Shown in pieces: positions 63,501 through 64,000 of a stretch of DNA of 64,000 nt. This DNA is from Marsupella aquatica (Eukaryota; Plantae; Marchantiophyta): NCBI GenBank assembly GCA_973895155.1, contig OZ316899.1, forward strand, positions 6,885,241 to 6,949,240. Reading direction: 5' to 3'. Each line of letters begins with the position of its first letter. Position 1 is the stretch's first letter. The position numbers were made by a program, and so were the translations under genes. The notes under the pieces are model-generated. The model was not told the DNA's origin. It made no database searches and was given only the letters and a program-made list of their open reading frames with translations.

Positions 63501-63700
63501 ACTGAGAAAGGCTTGGACTTGGCAGAATCCATCGAAGGCGGCACAATATCCATGGGATCAACAAGCTTTCGCCTCCTTGGAGTCTTCAGCCCCGAAGCAA
63601 GTGCTTTGTGGCTCGTAGAACTCCTGGTCTCTTGACGTTGAGAGGCAGCTGATTGTGAGGCAACGGACGAAATAGACTCAGGGGATGCAAAAGTTGCCAT
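60530..63700 (-). pseudogene. Second, diverged ParB-methyltransferase gene (copy C), truncated before motif I
   Basis: PPRIPLCRM...DKMFCVFDGNHRLYSW; DRARLFT; RRAKRYVYRF; CPWYLD; GFIALPTG...VPQWN...LSDDGYVAVLHNGE; GKIPKDPK. Introns at the same positions as in 25673-29890. Confidence 0.88.
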
Positions 63701-63704
63701 CGAC

Positions 63705-63991
63705 TGATAAAGATAGGAGAACCACGTGAAAGGAATGCAAGGAATTGGTATGGTTATTTGCAAAGGAATCCAAAGTCACATGTGTTAGGAATCCAAAGCA
63801 AGATTTCAGGGGAATCCAAAGCAACCCATTCTACGGTGTATCTTGTTATACCCTAACTAGGATTAGATATCTTAACCCGAGTTAAGATCTAACCAAGATC
63901 TAACTCAACTACCTCATGTATATATATTGGACACATGAATAAGATTCATTACATTGTTGGAGTATATGGTTTGCAACACGTTATCAGCACG
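63705..63991 (+). mobile_element. Probable 5' LTR + PBS of a Bianca-type Copia element (continues past window)
   Basis: TG...GCAACA (ends 63978) followed by CGTTATCAGCACG, the atypical PBS I recall for Bianca-lineage elements. LTR start uncertain. Confidence 0.55.
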
Positions 63992-64000
63992 AATGCAATT

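Overview
Repeat-saturated plant nuclear DNA: TTTAGGG repeats, spliceosomal introns and the TE families suggest a seed-free land plant such as a fern or lycophyte (inference). No host gene is recognisable; the window is a stack of nested, mostly decayed transposons. These are chromoviral and other Ty3/Gypsy pieces, two Ty1/Copia elements plus a third LTR, a full-length L1-type LINE with a 17-bp TSD, a Penelope-like RT and a MITE. The standout is a family of Mutator-like DNA transposons, present as one complete copy (23868-46349, about 11 kb without its nested insertions, with TSD and short imperfect TIRs) and two partial relatives. The complete copy has a GCM-like/DDE/SWIM transposase divergently transcribed from an intron-containing gene that fuses a ParB/Srx-like domain (DGNHR) to a beta-class N4C/N6A DNA-methyltransferase fold. 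Its non-coding parts and introns carry many copies of a 15-bp palindrome, TAGCGCCnGGCGCTA, suggesting a ParB/parS-like self-marking or anti-silencing system. A separate Gypsy element carries a C5 cytosine methyltransferase domain after its protease and a 5S rRNA-derived segment in its LTR. All domain calls come from motif recognition by eye; no searches were run.
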